In this document: piece after piece, positions 1 through 9,210 of the stretch
Numbering within the stretch: the stretch's first letter is position 1
Layout of the letters: the number at the start of each line of letters is the position of its first letter
From: a virus
Taxonomy: Duplodnaviria; Caudoviricetes
IMG/VR virus record: IMGVR_UViG_2616644925_000001
Coordinates: 28,537-92,536 of that record
Direction: 5' to 3' (one strand)
Length of the DNA: 64,000 nucleotides
Translations under genes and position numbers: made by a program
Notes under the pieces: model-generated
What the model was told of the DNA's origin: nothing
The model's input: the letters and a program-made list of their open reading frames with translations, nothing else
Databases searched by the model: none

Positions 1-189
1 TGCAATCCATTCCGGGGAATTGCGCTTCTCGATCTGCCTGGCAATCATTCTGCTGCTGGTGGCCTTCTGCTTAGCATACTGCTGCTGGCGATACTCCGGA
101 TCTGCCAGTTTTGCTGCCTGTTTCTCGCGGTGGCGCTGCTGCGCTCTGGCCTGCTTTTCCCGTACAGCCTGAAAATCTGCATTTTCCAT
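1..189 (-). CDS. ref: Ref-like recombination enhancement nuclease, N-terminal part (runs off the window)
   Basis: Frame not in the ORF track: MENADFQAVREKQARAQQRHREKQAAKLADPEYRQQQYAKQ... resembles the P1 Ref N-terminus (KLADPVWRESQYQK); operator-like palindrome directly upstream. Confidence 0.7.
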   Translation of the reverse strand, partial: MENADFQAVREKQARAQQRHREKQAAKLADPEYRQQQYAKQKATSSRMIARQIEKRNSPEWIA

Positions 190-199
190 GATTTAATCA

Positions 200-221
200 A
201 ATCTAAATTATTTTTTAGATT
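200..221. promoter_or_regulatory. Putative C1-type repressor operator (AATCTAA-N8-TTAGATT)
   Basis: Palindrome upstream of ref; the same TCTAA-N8-TTAGA core occurs at 33311 and 34700. Confidence 0.5.
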
Positions 222-295
222 GTTGATCAGCTCATGCCTGCTGTAAAGCAATCCGTAATTAACCGTGGGACAATTACACTTTTTCCCGGCTGGAG

Positions 296-391
296 TGTGG
301 ATAATCTGTGGCTTGTGGAGTTATCCACTTATCCACTGGATAGATCATATAAATCGATCATATAGAGATCATAGATAGATCCTAACAGATC
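296..391. other. Plasmid origin, left part: DnaA boxes and GATC cluster
   Basis: TGTGGATAA (296-304), TTATCCACT x2 (321-337), five GATC sites (343-391); same layout as P1 oriR. Confidence 0.8.
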
Positions 392-438
392 ACCATGCTT
401 TCAAGTTCATGTATTTTATAGGGAAAATTGCATTTTAC

Positions 439-540
439 GTTAGTCTATTCATGGTAATGGTTAGTCTATTCATGGTGAATGTTAGTCTGTTCATGGTAAT
501 TGTTAGTTTATTCATGGTAGGGTGTTAGTCTATTCATGGT
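439..540 (+). repeat. Origin iterons (incC-like), 5 x 17 bp GTTAGTCTATTCATGGT
   Basis: Copies at 439, 460, 481, 502 and 524 (21-22 bp period) directly upstream of repA. Confidence 0.9.
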
Positions 541-582
541 GACGGCCATAAATATTCACATCACTACAATCAGGCGATATCA

Positions 583-1467
583 ATGGGAAATGGTAATCAA
601 ATCAAGACAATAAATGATGCCTTGTCATTTGTTGGTGGTGAAGAAGGGAAGACTTATACACTGACACCAACGGCTAATAGAACTGTCCAGCCAATAGCAT
701 TGATGCGCCTGGGAGTTTTTGTCCCATCTGCTAAAAATAAGCCCATAGCCGGACGCGGAAACTCCAATATTGACGCATCGGAAGACCTGCGCGAGCTCGA
801 AATAGCTAAGGCTGAGGGCTACACCAACATCAACATCCGCGGCAGTCGCCTTGATATGAGTACAGACTTCAAGACGTGGATAGGCGCTATACGGGCGTTC
901 TCTAAATATGGCGACCACTCCAATCGAATAGAGTTGCCGTTCACTGAATTTGCCAAACTAACGGGCATCGCTGTTGATGACATCAACCAGCGGGCGCGTG
1001 ACCGTTTTTTTGCATCACTTAGCCGCATTGCATCCATCGTGGTTTCATTTAAAAACAAAGACGGCAGTAAAGGCACTATCACCCACTTACTGCAAAGTGC
1101 GACGTTCGATATCGAGAGAGACGTTATCTCGCTGGAGGGCGACTCCAGGCTATGGGAGCTATATGCGTTTGATCATAAAGTCTTGTTGCAGCTTAAGGCC
1201 ATACAGGCATTACCACGCAAGGAATCTGCTCAAGCTCTCTATGTATACATCGAAAGTATGCCAAATGGGTTCATACAGATATCACTGGAGCGTTTGCGTG
1301 AACGGCTTAATCTGACATCCAGTATCAGTGCGCAAAATTTGGCAGTGAGAAATGCTATGAAGGAGCTACAGAAGATAGGCTATCTGACCTACTCAGAAGT
1401 GAAGAAAGATGGGGTAGTGTACTTCCAAATCCATTCGCGCCGCCCGGAGCTGTTACCAGCTGAATGA
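583..1467 (+). CDS. repA: Plasmid replication initiator RepA (P1/RepFIB-like)
   Basis: TVQPIALMRLGVFVP, G.RLDMSTDFKTW and AQALYVYIESMP motifs; flanked by iterons. Confidence 0.92.
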   Translation: MGNGNQIKTINDALSFVGGEEGKTYTLTPTANRTVQPIALMRLGVFVPSAKNKPIAGRGNSNIDASEDLRELEIAKAEGYTNINIRGSRLDMSTDFKTWIGAIRAFSKYGDHSNRIELPFTEFAKLTGIAVDDINQRARDRFFASLSRIASIVVSFKNKDGSKGTITHLLQSATFDIERDVISLEGDSRLWELYAFDHKVLLQLKAIQALPRKESAQALYVYIESMPNGFIQISLERLRERLNLTSSISAQNLAVRNAMKELQKIGYLTYSEVKKDGVVYFQIHSRRPELLPAE

Positions 1468-1468
1468 C

Positions 1469-1692
1469 GTTAGGTGATTCATGGTGAACGTTAGGTGAAA
1501 ACCGGTAACGCACGCATAACGTTAGGTGATTCATGGACGGCATTAGTCTATTCATGGTAAATGTTAGAAAATAGCTGCAATTTTAGGCGTCATGCGGGCG
1601 AAATGCCCTGCACACCATGAATAGACTAACACTGAGCATTGGCTGGTGGTGAGAACCATGAATAGACTAATGCTTGCCATGAATAGACTAAC
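1469..1692. repeat. Copy-control iterons (incA-like), 7 copies in both orientations
   Basis: Direct copies at 1469, 1490, 1521, 1542; inverted copies (CCATGAATAGACTAA) at 1614, 1655, 1676. Confidence 0.85.
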
Positions 1693-1732
1693 ATTCATGC
1701 CATATCTTGTTTGATGTAACTGCTACTGCCCG

Positions 1733-1805
1733 CCACGAAACCAACGACATTTACCGCACACTGTCATCTCGGCTGCCAGCATAAAAAAAGCCGCCCAAAG
1801 GCGGC
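1733..1805 (+). repeat. 73-bp diverged direct repeat, copy 1 (includes a terminator)
   Basis: Aligns without gaps to 2747-2819 with 14 mismatches by hand count. Confidence 0.75.
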
Positions 1806-1811
1806 TTACAG

Positions 1812-1934
1812 TCAGTTGCTATGGATTACTGTCACCGGCACATTGATGCTGGTATTGATGTTCATACCTTCACCTCCGTTTGGATGCAGTAACGCCACCA
1901 GCAATGACACAACGATGAGTCCGTTGCGCTTCAT
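1812..1934 (-). CDS. 40-aa hydrophobic peptide, TimP-like type I toxin candidate
   Basis: MKRNGLIVVSLLVALLHPNGGEGMNINTSINVPVTVIHSN; structured 5' UTR; GCCGCC-TTTG-GGCGGC terminator; divergent sRNA complementary to the UTR. Confidence 0.55.
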   Translation of the reverse strand: MKRNGLIVVSLLVALLHPNGGEGMNINTSINVPVTVIHSN

Positions 1935-2270
1935 TGTGAATGCCTTGCAGGTTATGACCAGTGGCGTTCGGTACGCCCCGCAAGCAAGAGGAAACTTATG
2001 CTTGTGTTCGGTCGGGATTAACAGGACAACAAGGTACCGAATGGGCTGATAATCCCCCTCGCTGTTTTGTCTGAACTTAGCATGCCACAATCATGTGCCT
2101 GGTTTCATTGCCTTTCCGGCATATGCGTCTAAGATTGCGGTAAAAAAGTACTCTATTGACGAAAAAAAAATCAATTAACTAACCGTTTTGTAAAACCACA
2201 CAGTGCCTTTCCTGAAAGAGATTTTCTATACACAAGTTGCAAAGTAGGTCATGCGACGTATACTGGCTTT

Positions 2271-2407
2271 GGAAACTTATGCTTGTGTTCGCTGTTTTAA
2301 GCGAATTAGCAGCGGTGAAGATTGCCTGATAACAATTTTCACCTTCCAGATAAATGCCTGATAACATTTTCTGGATTCAATGAAGCCGCCTACGGGCGGT
2401 TTTTTTG
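2271..2407 (+). ncRNA. Putative antitoxin sRNA (TimR/IstR-like)
   Basis: TTGCAA-16-TATACT promoter (2237-2264); first 21 nt identical to 1990-2010, so antisense to the peptide mRNA leader; intrinsic terminator at 2383-2407. Confidence 0.6.
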
Positions 2408-2746
2408 TTGATGATTTTGACTTACTCTCTACATACAAAATAAGCATGACATAAATAGGCCGCAATACAATACCTTGACCAAACGCAGTTGTTCGTTTTG
2501 TAATGAGAATTAAAAAAATAGTGATAAATATAAATAAGTTAAGCTGTGGATAACTCTTTTTCAATTTTGATCGGGCGCGTATTTGTTATTCAATTGTAAA
2601 AGGATTAAGTAAGACTATTCCAGGCAATTCGTTATGATCTGCAGTATAACATTGTCAGTTTTTTGAAATGCCGCACAATTGTAAACGCGGATACTCGTCA
2701 ACTCTTGATGCTTTCAGTTAGGTGCTTAGTAGCTAACACACTATAC

Positions 2747-2819
2747 CCATGAAACCAGCAACGTTTGTCGCACGCTGTTATCTGGGCCACCAGCATAAAA
2801 AAAGCCACCCGATGGCGGC
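2747..2819 (+). repeat. 73-bp diverged direct repeat, copy 2
   Basis: See copy 1. Confidence 0.75.
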
Positions 2820-2829
2820 CTTTAGTCAA

Positions 2830-3045
2830 TCATATATTATTTTTTAGTAAAGCATAAAGCATTGCTCTGCTGTCGATTGTGTTCCCGTTCAGGTCTTTGC
2901 ACACCCAGTTTTTACGCTGAAACGTGATGTAGCAGTCGGTGCGGTTAATGCGCAGCGGTTCGCTTCTGCCTGCTTCTACAAACCCTTTTGCCTTCCAAAT
3001 GCCGCGCATCTTATCCAGTTCGATCTGCTTCAAACCTAAGTTCAT
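2830..3045 (-). CDS. Hypothetical protein (71 aa)
   Basis: ORF followed by the terminator inside repeat copy 2. Confidence 0.5.
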   Translation of the reverse strand: MNLGLKQIELDKMRGIWKAKGFVEAGRSEPLRINRTDCYITFQRKNWVCKDLNGNTIDSRAMLYALLKNNI

Positions 3046-3127
3046 AGTGATTAAATTCGTAAAATTTTAGAGTGAGCTTATTCTTATATGAAATCGCCCA
3101 CTGGTCAATTCCATATCCTTAATCTTA

Positions 3128-3147
3128 TACTGTGTTTTTATACAGTT
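3128..3147. promoter_or_regulatory. LexA (SOS) box
   Basis: TACTGTGTTTTTATACAGTT = CTG-N10-CAG just upstream of the umuD RBS. Confidence 0.85.
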
Positions 3148-3157
3148 AAAAGGAGGG

Positions 3158-3604
3158 GTGATTATGCGCTTAGAGATAATAGCAATACCTGATGAAGCCG
3201 CGCCCAGACAGGCTTTCAGGCAGTTTCTTGAAACGGTCGCAGCGGGCTTTCCGTCTCCGGCAATCGGATACGAAGATACTCCGCTGGACCTGAACGAGTA
3301 TTGCGTCAGGGCCAAAACGGCCACCTATTTTGTACGCTGCGAGGGTGAGTCGATGATAGGGGCCGGTATTTTTGACGGCGATCTGCTGGTGGTTGATAAA
3401 TCGAAGGCGGCGGCAGACGGCCAGATCGTAATTGCCTCTGTGGACGGGGAGTTTACGGTAAAAAAGCTGCAGCTGAGGCCAGTGCCGATGCTGCTGGCCA
3501 TGAATCCGCGCTATAAGCCGATCCCTGTCGAGCCTGATGGTCTGGAAATATGGGGGGTGGTGACATACGTCATCCACCGTACTGACAATGTTCCTGCACA
3601 GTGA
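3158..3604 (+). CDS. umuD: Pol V subunit UmuD-like (S24 autopeptidase)
   Basis: AGFPSPA cleavage region, GESM catalytic Ser, FTVKKL catalytic Lys. Confidence 0.92.
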   Translation: MIMRLEIIAIPDEAAPRQAFRQFLETVAAGFPSPAIGYEDTPLDLNEYCVRAKTATYFVRCEGESMIGAGIFDGDLLVVDKSKAAADGQIVIASVDGEFTVKKLQLRPVPMLLAMNPRYKPIPVEPDGLEIWGVVTYVIHRTDNVPAQ

Positions 3605-4853
3605 CGTTAATGCCTTCTACGTGTCGGCCGAGCTGGCATTCAGGCCGGACCTTTACGGGCGTCCTGTCGTGGTAGCGACCAACAATGACGGCTGTATTGC
3701 GGCGCTGAACCGCGAGGCGAAAAACGTAGGCCTGAAGCGGGGCGATCCGCTGTTTAAAATCCGCGATACCATCCGACGTTACGGCGTGGTGGTGTTCAGC
3801 AGCAACTACACGCTGTACGACGCATTCAGTAAGCGTTTCCATACGATAGTGGGCGAGTATGTCCCGAACCTGGAAGCGTACTCGATCGACGAGGTGTTTG
3901 GCTCTCTGGACGGCATGGAGAAGCTGGTGGACTTCCAGACGTTCGGAGAAGATATCCGGCGCACCGTAATCCAGCACACCACGATGAAGTGCGGCATAGG
4001 GATAGCAGAGACGAAGACGCTCTGTAAGGTAGCCACGCACGCAGCAAAGACCTGGCCTAAAACAGGCGGCGTGGTGGTGCTGACCGACCCGAAACGGCGC
4101 GACAAGCTGCTATCGTTGCTCGACGTCTCCGAGACGTGGGGTGTCGGCAGAAAGATAGGGGCCAGACTGCAGCTGATGAACATCAAAACCATGCTCGACC
4201 TTGCCCGCGCTGACACAACTATGATCCGCAAAAACTTCAATGTGATGCTGGAGCGCACCGTGCGGGAGCTGCGCGGCGAACGCTGCTTCGAGCTCGAAGA
4301 GAACCCGCCGACTAAGCAGCAGCTGGTGGTAAGCCGTTCGTTCGGCAAACGGCTCACCAGCCTGGATGAAGTGAGTAACGCGGTTTGCTTCTTTGCCACC
4401 AGCGCCGGTGAAAAACTGCGGCGTGAAAAGCAGTACTGCCGGAATATCACGGTATTCATCCAGACCAGCAAACATGATCCGCGCCGCCCGTATTATTCAC
4501 GCGGTGCCAGCCATTCGTTTACGACGGCCACGCAGGATACCCGCGATCTGATTGATGCCGCCGTGCGCGGCCTCAGAGCTATCTGGCGGGAGGGCTATGA
4601 GTATGCGAAGGCCGGAGTGATGCTGGGGGAGATCTGCGGCTCAGAGCAGCAGCTGAACCTCTTTGATGAGTCACCGCCGCGCCCTGGAAGCGATAAGTTG
4701 ATGGCTGTGATGGATAAGCTGAACAGCTACCAGCGCGGCACGCTGTTTATTGCCGGTCAGGGTGTCAATCCGGCCTACCAGATGAAGCGGGAAATGTTAT
4801 CTCCGCGCTATCTGACGCGCTGGGAAGAGCTACCCATCGTAAAGATGAAGTAA
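3588..4853 (+). CDS. umuC: Y-family DNA polymerase UmuC-like
   Basis: DVNAFYVS, NNDGC, YSIDE, SRSFG and MKREMLSPRY motifs. Confidence 0.95.
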   Translation: MFLHSDVNAFYVSAELAFRPDLYGRPVVVATNNDGCIAALNREAKNVGLKRGDPLFKIRDTIRRYGVVVFSSNYTLYDAFSKRFHTIVGEYVPNLEAYSIDEVFGSLDGMEKLVDFQTFGEDIRRTVIQHTTMKCGIGIAETKTLCKVATHAAKTWPKTGGVVVLTDPKRRDKLLSLLDVSETWGVGRKIGARLQLMNIKTMLDLARADTTMIRKNFNVMLERTVRELRGERCFELEENPPTKQQLVVSRSFGKRLTSLDEVSNAVCFFATSAGEKLRREKQYCRNITVFIQTSKHDPRRPYYSRGASHSFTTATQDTRDLIDAAVRGLRAIWREGYEYAKAGVMLGEICGSEQQLNLFDESPPRPGSDKLMAVMDKLNSYQRGTLFIAGQGVNPAYQMKREMLSPRYLTRWEELPIVKMK

Positions 4854-5043
4854 TTTGAGATAAGTACGTCATTATCAGCAATTTAACTTAAGTGTAATTA
4901 TAGAGTAATCAGTGCCACTACTTTTAGTAGTTGAGCTGATCACTTCTTGATCGCTTCTTAGAGTGTGCCTACAATCAGAAAAAACCGAAAACGCATAAAG
5001 TAATGAAATGCGTTAACTTTTTCTGGCTTGGAGTTGTACGGAT

Positions 5044-5190
5044 ATGACTGACACAGCAAACTTTGCTTTTGTTTTAATGACACTTTTCTTTGCAGTACTG
5101 GCGCTGGCAACTGTCGCTACCTTGTGCGGATTGCCTGCGATGTTGCGTGCATTTGACGCCTACATAGCAAAATCGAACACCTTAAACTGA
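5044..5190 (+). CDS. Small membrane protein (48 aa)
   Basis: MTDTANFAFVLMTLFFAVLALATVATLCGLPAMLRAFDAYIAKSNTLN with an upstream GGAG; below the ORF-track cutoff. Confidence 0.45.
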   Translation: MTDTANFAFVLMTLFFAVLALATVATLCGLPAMLRAFDAYIAKSNTLN

Positions 5191-5358
5191 TCCTCCGATA
5201 CATCCCGCTTTAAATTTATGCTTATCTGATGACCTGCTGGATGCACTTAAAGCCAGCAGGTATCAGTTTTATCTGTCAAATTAAGGTTAACATTAAATTT
5301 AAATAAATTTTAGAATGTAATAAACTCCAGCGTGGAATTAACCACTGGAATATTACAC

Positions 5359-5535
5359 ATGACCGGCACTACTAAATCCCTCAATCTGAGCCAGCCGTTT
5401 CTTGTCAGCGCTTTAATCGCTGAAATCGCAAAACAATCACCTCATGCCAAAGTGAATAAGGCACAGTTCGCTGCCATTGTGGATGCGGCTAACCGTGTAG
5501 TTATTGCCTTCAATCGTGATAGCGGTGATGCCTGA
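5359..5535 (+). CDS. Hypothetical protein
   Basis: First ORF of a coupled operon (stop overlaps next ATG); start moved to MTGTT. Confidence 0.55.
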   Translation: MTGTTKSLNLSQPFLVSALIAEIAKQSPHAKVNKAQFAAIVDAANRVVIAFNRDSGDA

Positions 5536-6179
5536 TGACTGAACGTTTTTACATGATCTGCACCAGGGATACGGTAGGCAGTAATGCCTCTTTCTGGTGC
5601 CAGAATGGTCACGGCTACAACACCAATATCGCAAAAGCACATGTCTATACCCTGGCAGAAGCACAGAGCTGCTGGAATACAGGCCGGATTATCGATCAAC
5701 CCGTTTGCGCTGACAGCGTGGATGCGCTGGCCGTCGTTCACGTTGACCACCAGCACGTACCCGGTGAGTCGGTTATTACTCCTGATTGCAGTAGATACGT
5801 TGCTTTTCAGAAAGGGCGCTGGGATGGCAATGATCTGTACTGGCTCCGAAACGGCGGCCTGCCGACGACCGACTTCACGCAAGCGACCATTTTCGATAGA
5901 CCGGGCGATACGGCCGAGCTGGTTTGGCTACCGTTCGCCACGGCCGACGCAGTAAAGCGCCGCACGTTCCCGATCGCCATGCTGGATCATCGCCGCATGG
6001 TGCAGGGTGCTGGCCTGCGAGTACCGGCGCATATCAGTCGCGCCCGCCGCCGCAAGCCAGGCACTGGAAAGACGCGCCTCAACTGCCCGGACTGTGGGCG
6101 CATTCACTGGCAACTCAATCCGTATGTCTTTGAAGGCTGCGCTGACTGGCAGTGTGCGGGAGCGCGTACGCATGGATAA
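5535..6179 (+). CDS. Hypothetical phage protein with C-terminal Cys cluster
   Basis: 214 aa, CPDCGR...C..WQC; overlaps both neighbours. Confidence 0.65.
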   Translation: MTERFYMICTRDTVGSNASFWCQNGHGYNTNIAKAHVYTLAEAQSCWNTGRIIDQPVCADSVDALAVVHVDHQHVPGESVITPDCSRYVAFQKGRWDGNDLYWLRNGGLPTTDFTQATIFDRPGDTAELVWLPFATADAVKRRTFPIAMLDHRRMVQGAGLRVPAHISRARRRKPGTGKTRLNCPDCGRIHWQLNPYVFEGCADWQCAGARTHG

Positions 6180-6651
6180 GGCCGTATTAGACATGTGCTG
6201 TGGCCCGCGCATGATGTGGTTCGATAAAGCCGATCCCCGCGTGCTGTATTCTGATATCCGGGAAGAGACTCACCAGCTGCCCGACAGGGAGCTGGTTATC
6301 AGCCCGGACGTGATTGCCGACTTCCGATCTTTACCGTTCCCGGATAACTCATTTTATGTGATTGCCTTCGACCCGCCGCACCTGGAGCGGGCAGGCGAAA
6401 AGGGCTGGCAACGCCTTAAATATGGAGTGCTCAATCGCGGAACCTGGCGCAACGATCTGCGCGCCGGATTTGCTGAGGCCTTCCGCGTGCTGCGTCCGAA
6501 CGGCCTGCTGATTTTTAAATGGAATGAAACGCAGATCCGGGCGCGGGACATTCTGGCACTAACTGATCAGAAACCCCTGTTTGGCCACATCAGCGGGAAG
6601 CGTGGTTTAACGCACTGGTTTACCTTCATCAAAGACGGAGAGCAGCAATGA
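6172..6651 (+). CDS. SAM-dependent (putative DNA) methyltransferase
   Basis: LDMCCGPRMMWFDK motif I, FDPPHL motif IV, FRVLRPNG.LIFKWNE; start at MDKAV. Confidence 0.85.
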   Translation: MDKAVLDMCCGPRMMWFDKADPRVLYSDIREETHQLPDRELVISPDVIADFRSLPFPDNSFYVIAFDPPHLERAGEKGWQRLKYGVLNRGTWRNDLRAGFAEAFRVLRPNGLLIFKWNETQIRARDILALTDQKPLFGHISGKRGLTHWFTFIKDGEQQ

Positions 6652-7001
6652 ACCTGCGCAAGTTCTTCCGACTCAAAGCGCCCTGCGCGAACTGCCCGTT
6701 TCTGAAAGCTGGTGGCATCAAGCTGAATCCCGGACGCCTTGAGGGCATCAAAGCGCACCTGTTGCTAGACGACTACTCATCGTTCTATTGCCATAAAACC
6801 ACGCATAGATCTGGCGAGGAAGAGGGCGAAGGCGGCGAGATTTATAGCCCGTCCGGGAAAGAAGCGCATTGCGCCGGCGCCGTGGCATTTTTGCTATCCC
6901 GCGGCCGTCATAACATAGCTATGCGCCTGGCGTTCATTGAGGGTCATACAACGCCTGCTGACTTTGAGCCAGCAATAAAACTGATCGCCACAGAGAACTG
7001 A
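6648..7001 (+). CDS. Cys/His-rich hypothetical phage protein
   Basis: PCANCPF, FYCHKT, HCAGA; GGAG RBS. Confidence 0.7.
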   Translation: MNLRKFFRLKAPCANCPFLKAGGIKLNPGRLEGIKAHLLLDDYSSFYCHKTTHRSGEEEGEGGEIYSPSGKEAHCAGAVAFLLSRGRHNIAMRLAFIEGHTTPADFEPAIKLIATEN

Positions 7002-7011
7002 GGAAGCCGCC

Positions 7012-7281
7012 ATGATCAACGATCGTCTGACTGATAAAGAGCTGGAAATGTTCGCCGCTGAACCGCAGAACAACCTGGCATTTGCGCCAAATCACGCGCT
7101 GACGCAGATGATGGCCAGAGAGCTGCTGGCGCTGCGCCGTACCGGTTCGGAGCTGGTGGAAGTGGCAAAGGCAGGGCTGGAGTATATCGACGCGATCCCG
7201 GCTGATATCGCTGACGCATTTGACACTATGCCGGGTTTTGACCGTGACTGGGCCGAAGAAACCATAAGTGAGGTGAAATAG
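7012..7281 (+). CDS. Hypothetical phage protein (Ead/Ea22-like N-terminus)
   Basis: LTDKEL...MARELLALR; GAGG RBS. Confidence 0.6.
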   Translation: MINDRLTDKELEMFAAEPQNNLAFAPNHALTQMMARELLALRRTGSELVEVAKAGLEYIDAIPADIADAFDTMPGFDRDWAEETISEVK

Positions 7282-7383
7282 CAGGTGCTGATTGGTAAAA
7301 AGCGGGAATAGCTATAATTTTTTAGCAATAGCACGCTATGCGCAAAGCGTGCTACTGGTTTAGGTATTAATGTCAGCTAATAA

Positions 7384-8193
7384 TTAACTTAAATATTCCA
7401 TAAGATTCATTATTACACGTTTTTGGAGAGAAAGATTTGTATATGTCAGCTGAGCAAAGTGTTTAATTGCGCGATCAAAATCCCTATCGATATTTGCTGG
7501 AGTGCAAATAACGTCAGCTCCATTTGAACGAACTACGGGAGAGGCGACAGAATAATCTTCGCTATCTCTATAAAAAAGCGCATTGCCGTCTAAAGATAAT
7601 ACAAAGTTATGTCTAAACTTATGGGGTATAGAATTTTGGTTATAGTAATCATCGATATCTTTGGCGAGGTCTGATGTATCGCCCTCAATTCTATTGCAAA
7701 TCAAGAAAGTATAAGCGTGGTTCCAGTTTTGCTCCCTGTCATATATGTCGCCATTGTGACCAGCAGAGCGTAGACTAACTTCAAAACTAACCATTTTGAC
7801 TTTTGCTAGTTTTACTAAAGCCTCTTTCAACTGCGACTGCTTCAAGTTAGATTTAACCTCTCCTATGCCTTTGATGCAATCAGCTGGAAAGAACTGGTTA
7901 AGGTTATCATCCTGAATTAAGGGGGTAAGCTCTTTATCATAAAGTATGATATCACATTGCGTACTTACGCTATTTTTTTGAGATACGATAAAACCTGTTG
8001 AAACAGCCGTATAACCCGGAATGAATGCTTTCAGAAAATCAGCAGTCAGATTTTCTCTATATCTTCCAAATTCAGCTGCATGAAACGTTTTTCTTTCGCT
8101 GTTAAAATACAGGTCTACTGAGTCATCTGAAAAGATACTCTTGAATCTTTTTGCCTTGTGATTAAGGATTTTATTTATTATATTTGCGCTCAT
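7384..8193 (-). CDS. DUF6602-like predicted nuclease, low GC
   Basis: H..EFG.YRE, TGFIVS...STQCDIILYD...P, GEVKS PD-(D/E)XK-like motifs. Confidence 0.7.
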   Translation of the reverse strand: MSANIINKILNHKAKRFKSIFSDDSVDLYFNSERKTFHAAEFGRYRENLTADFLKAFIPGYTAVSTGFIVSQKNSVSTQCDIILYDKELTPLIQDDNLNQFFPADCIKGIGEVKSNLKQSQLKEALVKLAKVKMVSFEVSLRSAGHNGDIYDREQNWNHAYTFLICNRIEGDTSDLAKDIDDYYNQNSIPHKFRHNFVLSLDGNALFYRDSEDYSVASPVVRSNGADVICTPANIDRDFDRAIKHFAQLTYTNLSLQKRVIMNLMEYLS

Positions 8194-8303
8194 TAGATTT
8201 CCTTTCTTGATAAATAATTCATATAGATGATGACTGTATTAATTTATAGTGCAGATTATGCTGGCTAAAGACTCTAAACGTATAAATTAATGAAGGCAAT
8301 AAT

Positions 8304-8328
8304 AAAAAACCCGCCGAAGCGGGTTTTA
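8304..8328. terminator. Intrinsic terminator
   Basis: AAAAAACCCGC-CGAA-GCGGGTTTT. Confidence 0.75.
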
Positions 8329-8348
8329 AATATTAAGATTAGAGCGTG

Positions 8349-8648
8349 TTACAGGCTCAGTGCAATGCGCTTGCCATCAGGTAGCGTCACGTCGAGCGCC
8401 AGTTCTCCGCCCAGAGCAGCGATGTAGCGTCTTAACGTAGACAGCTTAGGATCGTTATCAACCTTCTCCATTTTTGCCACAGAAGGCTGCTTTACGCCTA
8501 ACACTTCAGCTAAATGAGTCTGCGAAACAGATAATTCTTCGCGCAGCTTGGCAAGTGTAATTTCCTGACGGATTTCAGCAGCACGCGCCTCGATGCGCGC
8601 ACGGCTTTCCGGGGAGCGTTTAGCCATCATTTCTTTAAGCGTTGCCAT
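8349..8648 (-). CDS. higA: HigA-like HTH (XRE) antitoxin
   Basis: MATLKEMM...SQTHLAEVLGVKQPSVAKME...LSTLRRYIAALGG. Confidence 0.85.
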   Translation of the reverse strand: MATLKEMMAKRSPESRARIEARAAEIRQEITLAKLREELSVSQTHLAEVLGVKQPSVAKMEKVDNDPKLSTLRRYIAALGGELALDVTLPDGKRIALSL

Positions 8649-9006
8649 CGTCTTTAGTCTCCGGTGATTCCAGATGCGAAGTGAACTCGGTATCTGCAAT
8701 TTTAATCATACGTTTGTAGAACAATTTTTCGTCTTCACCCTTTTTGTCTCCGGCACACAGAACAATCGCTTTACGTTCCGGGTCAAAGGCAAAGAAGGCG
8801 CGAAATGGGTGCCCGCCTATCTGTACACGCAACTCTTTCATGTTTTTGTACTTAGACGCTTTAATCTGATCTACCTGCGGACGCCCTAATTGAGGGCCGA
8901 TCTCTTCAAGTATCAGGAAGTATGCTGCAATTTCTTCCTGAACCTCTTCAGTCTGCCCTTCGTACCAAACATCAAACAGCTTTCTTGTGATGACTTCCCA
9001 TGCCAT
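8635..9006 (-). CDS. higB: HigB/RelE-like toxin
   Basis: GPQLGRP..D, MKELR, RAFFAFDPERKAIVLCAGDK; toxin-first order. Confidence 0.88.
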   Translation of the reverse strand: MAWEVITRKLFDVWYEGQTEEVQEEIAAYFLILEEIGPQLGRPQVDQIKASKYKNMKELRVQIGGHPFRAFFAFDPERKAIVLCAGDKKGEDEKLFYKRMIKIADTEFTSHLESPETKDDGNA

Positions 9007-9118
9007 TAAGCGATCTCCATGTATAACCTGCGAGCTATGTGAAGGTTATAGCCTGCGGGGTATAATAGCAAGCTATTAATAGTGTTTTATTAAAAGAGAT
9101 TAAATGGTTTTGTTTGTA

Positions 9119-9147
9119 TTGACAATCAAATGTGAGCTCTATAAATT
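9119..9147 (+). promoter_or_regulatory. Sigma70 promoter
   Basis: TTGACA-17-TAAATT upstream of 9211. Confidence 0.65.
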
Positions 9148-9210
9148 GCACGTCATGGCGCTGCTTTAGCGCCACCGCCCTGGCGGATCCAGGCACTAAG
9201 GAAGACTGTT

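Noticed and set aside
45-251. 68-aa ORF from the track
   Set aside because: Wrong frame; the Ref-like frame starts at 189 and runs off the window
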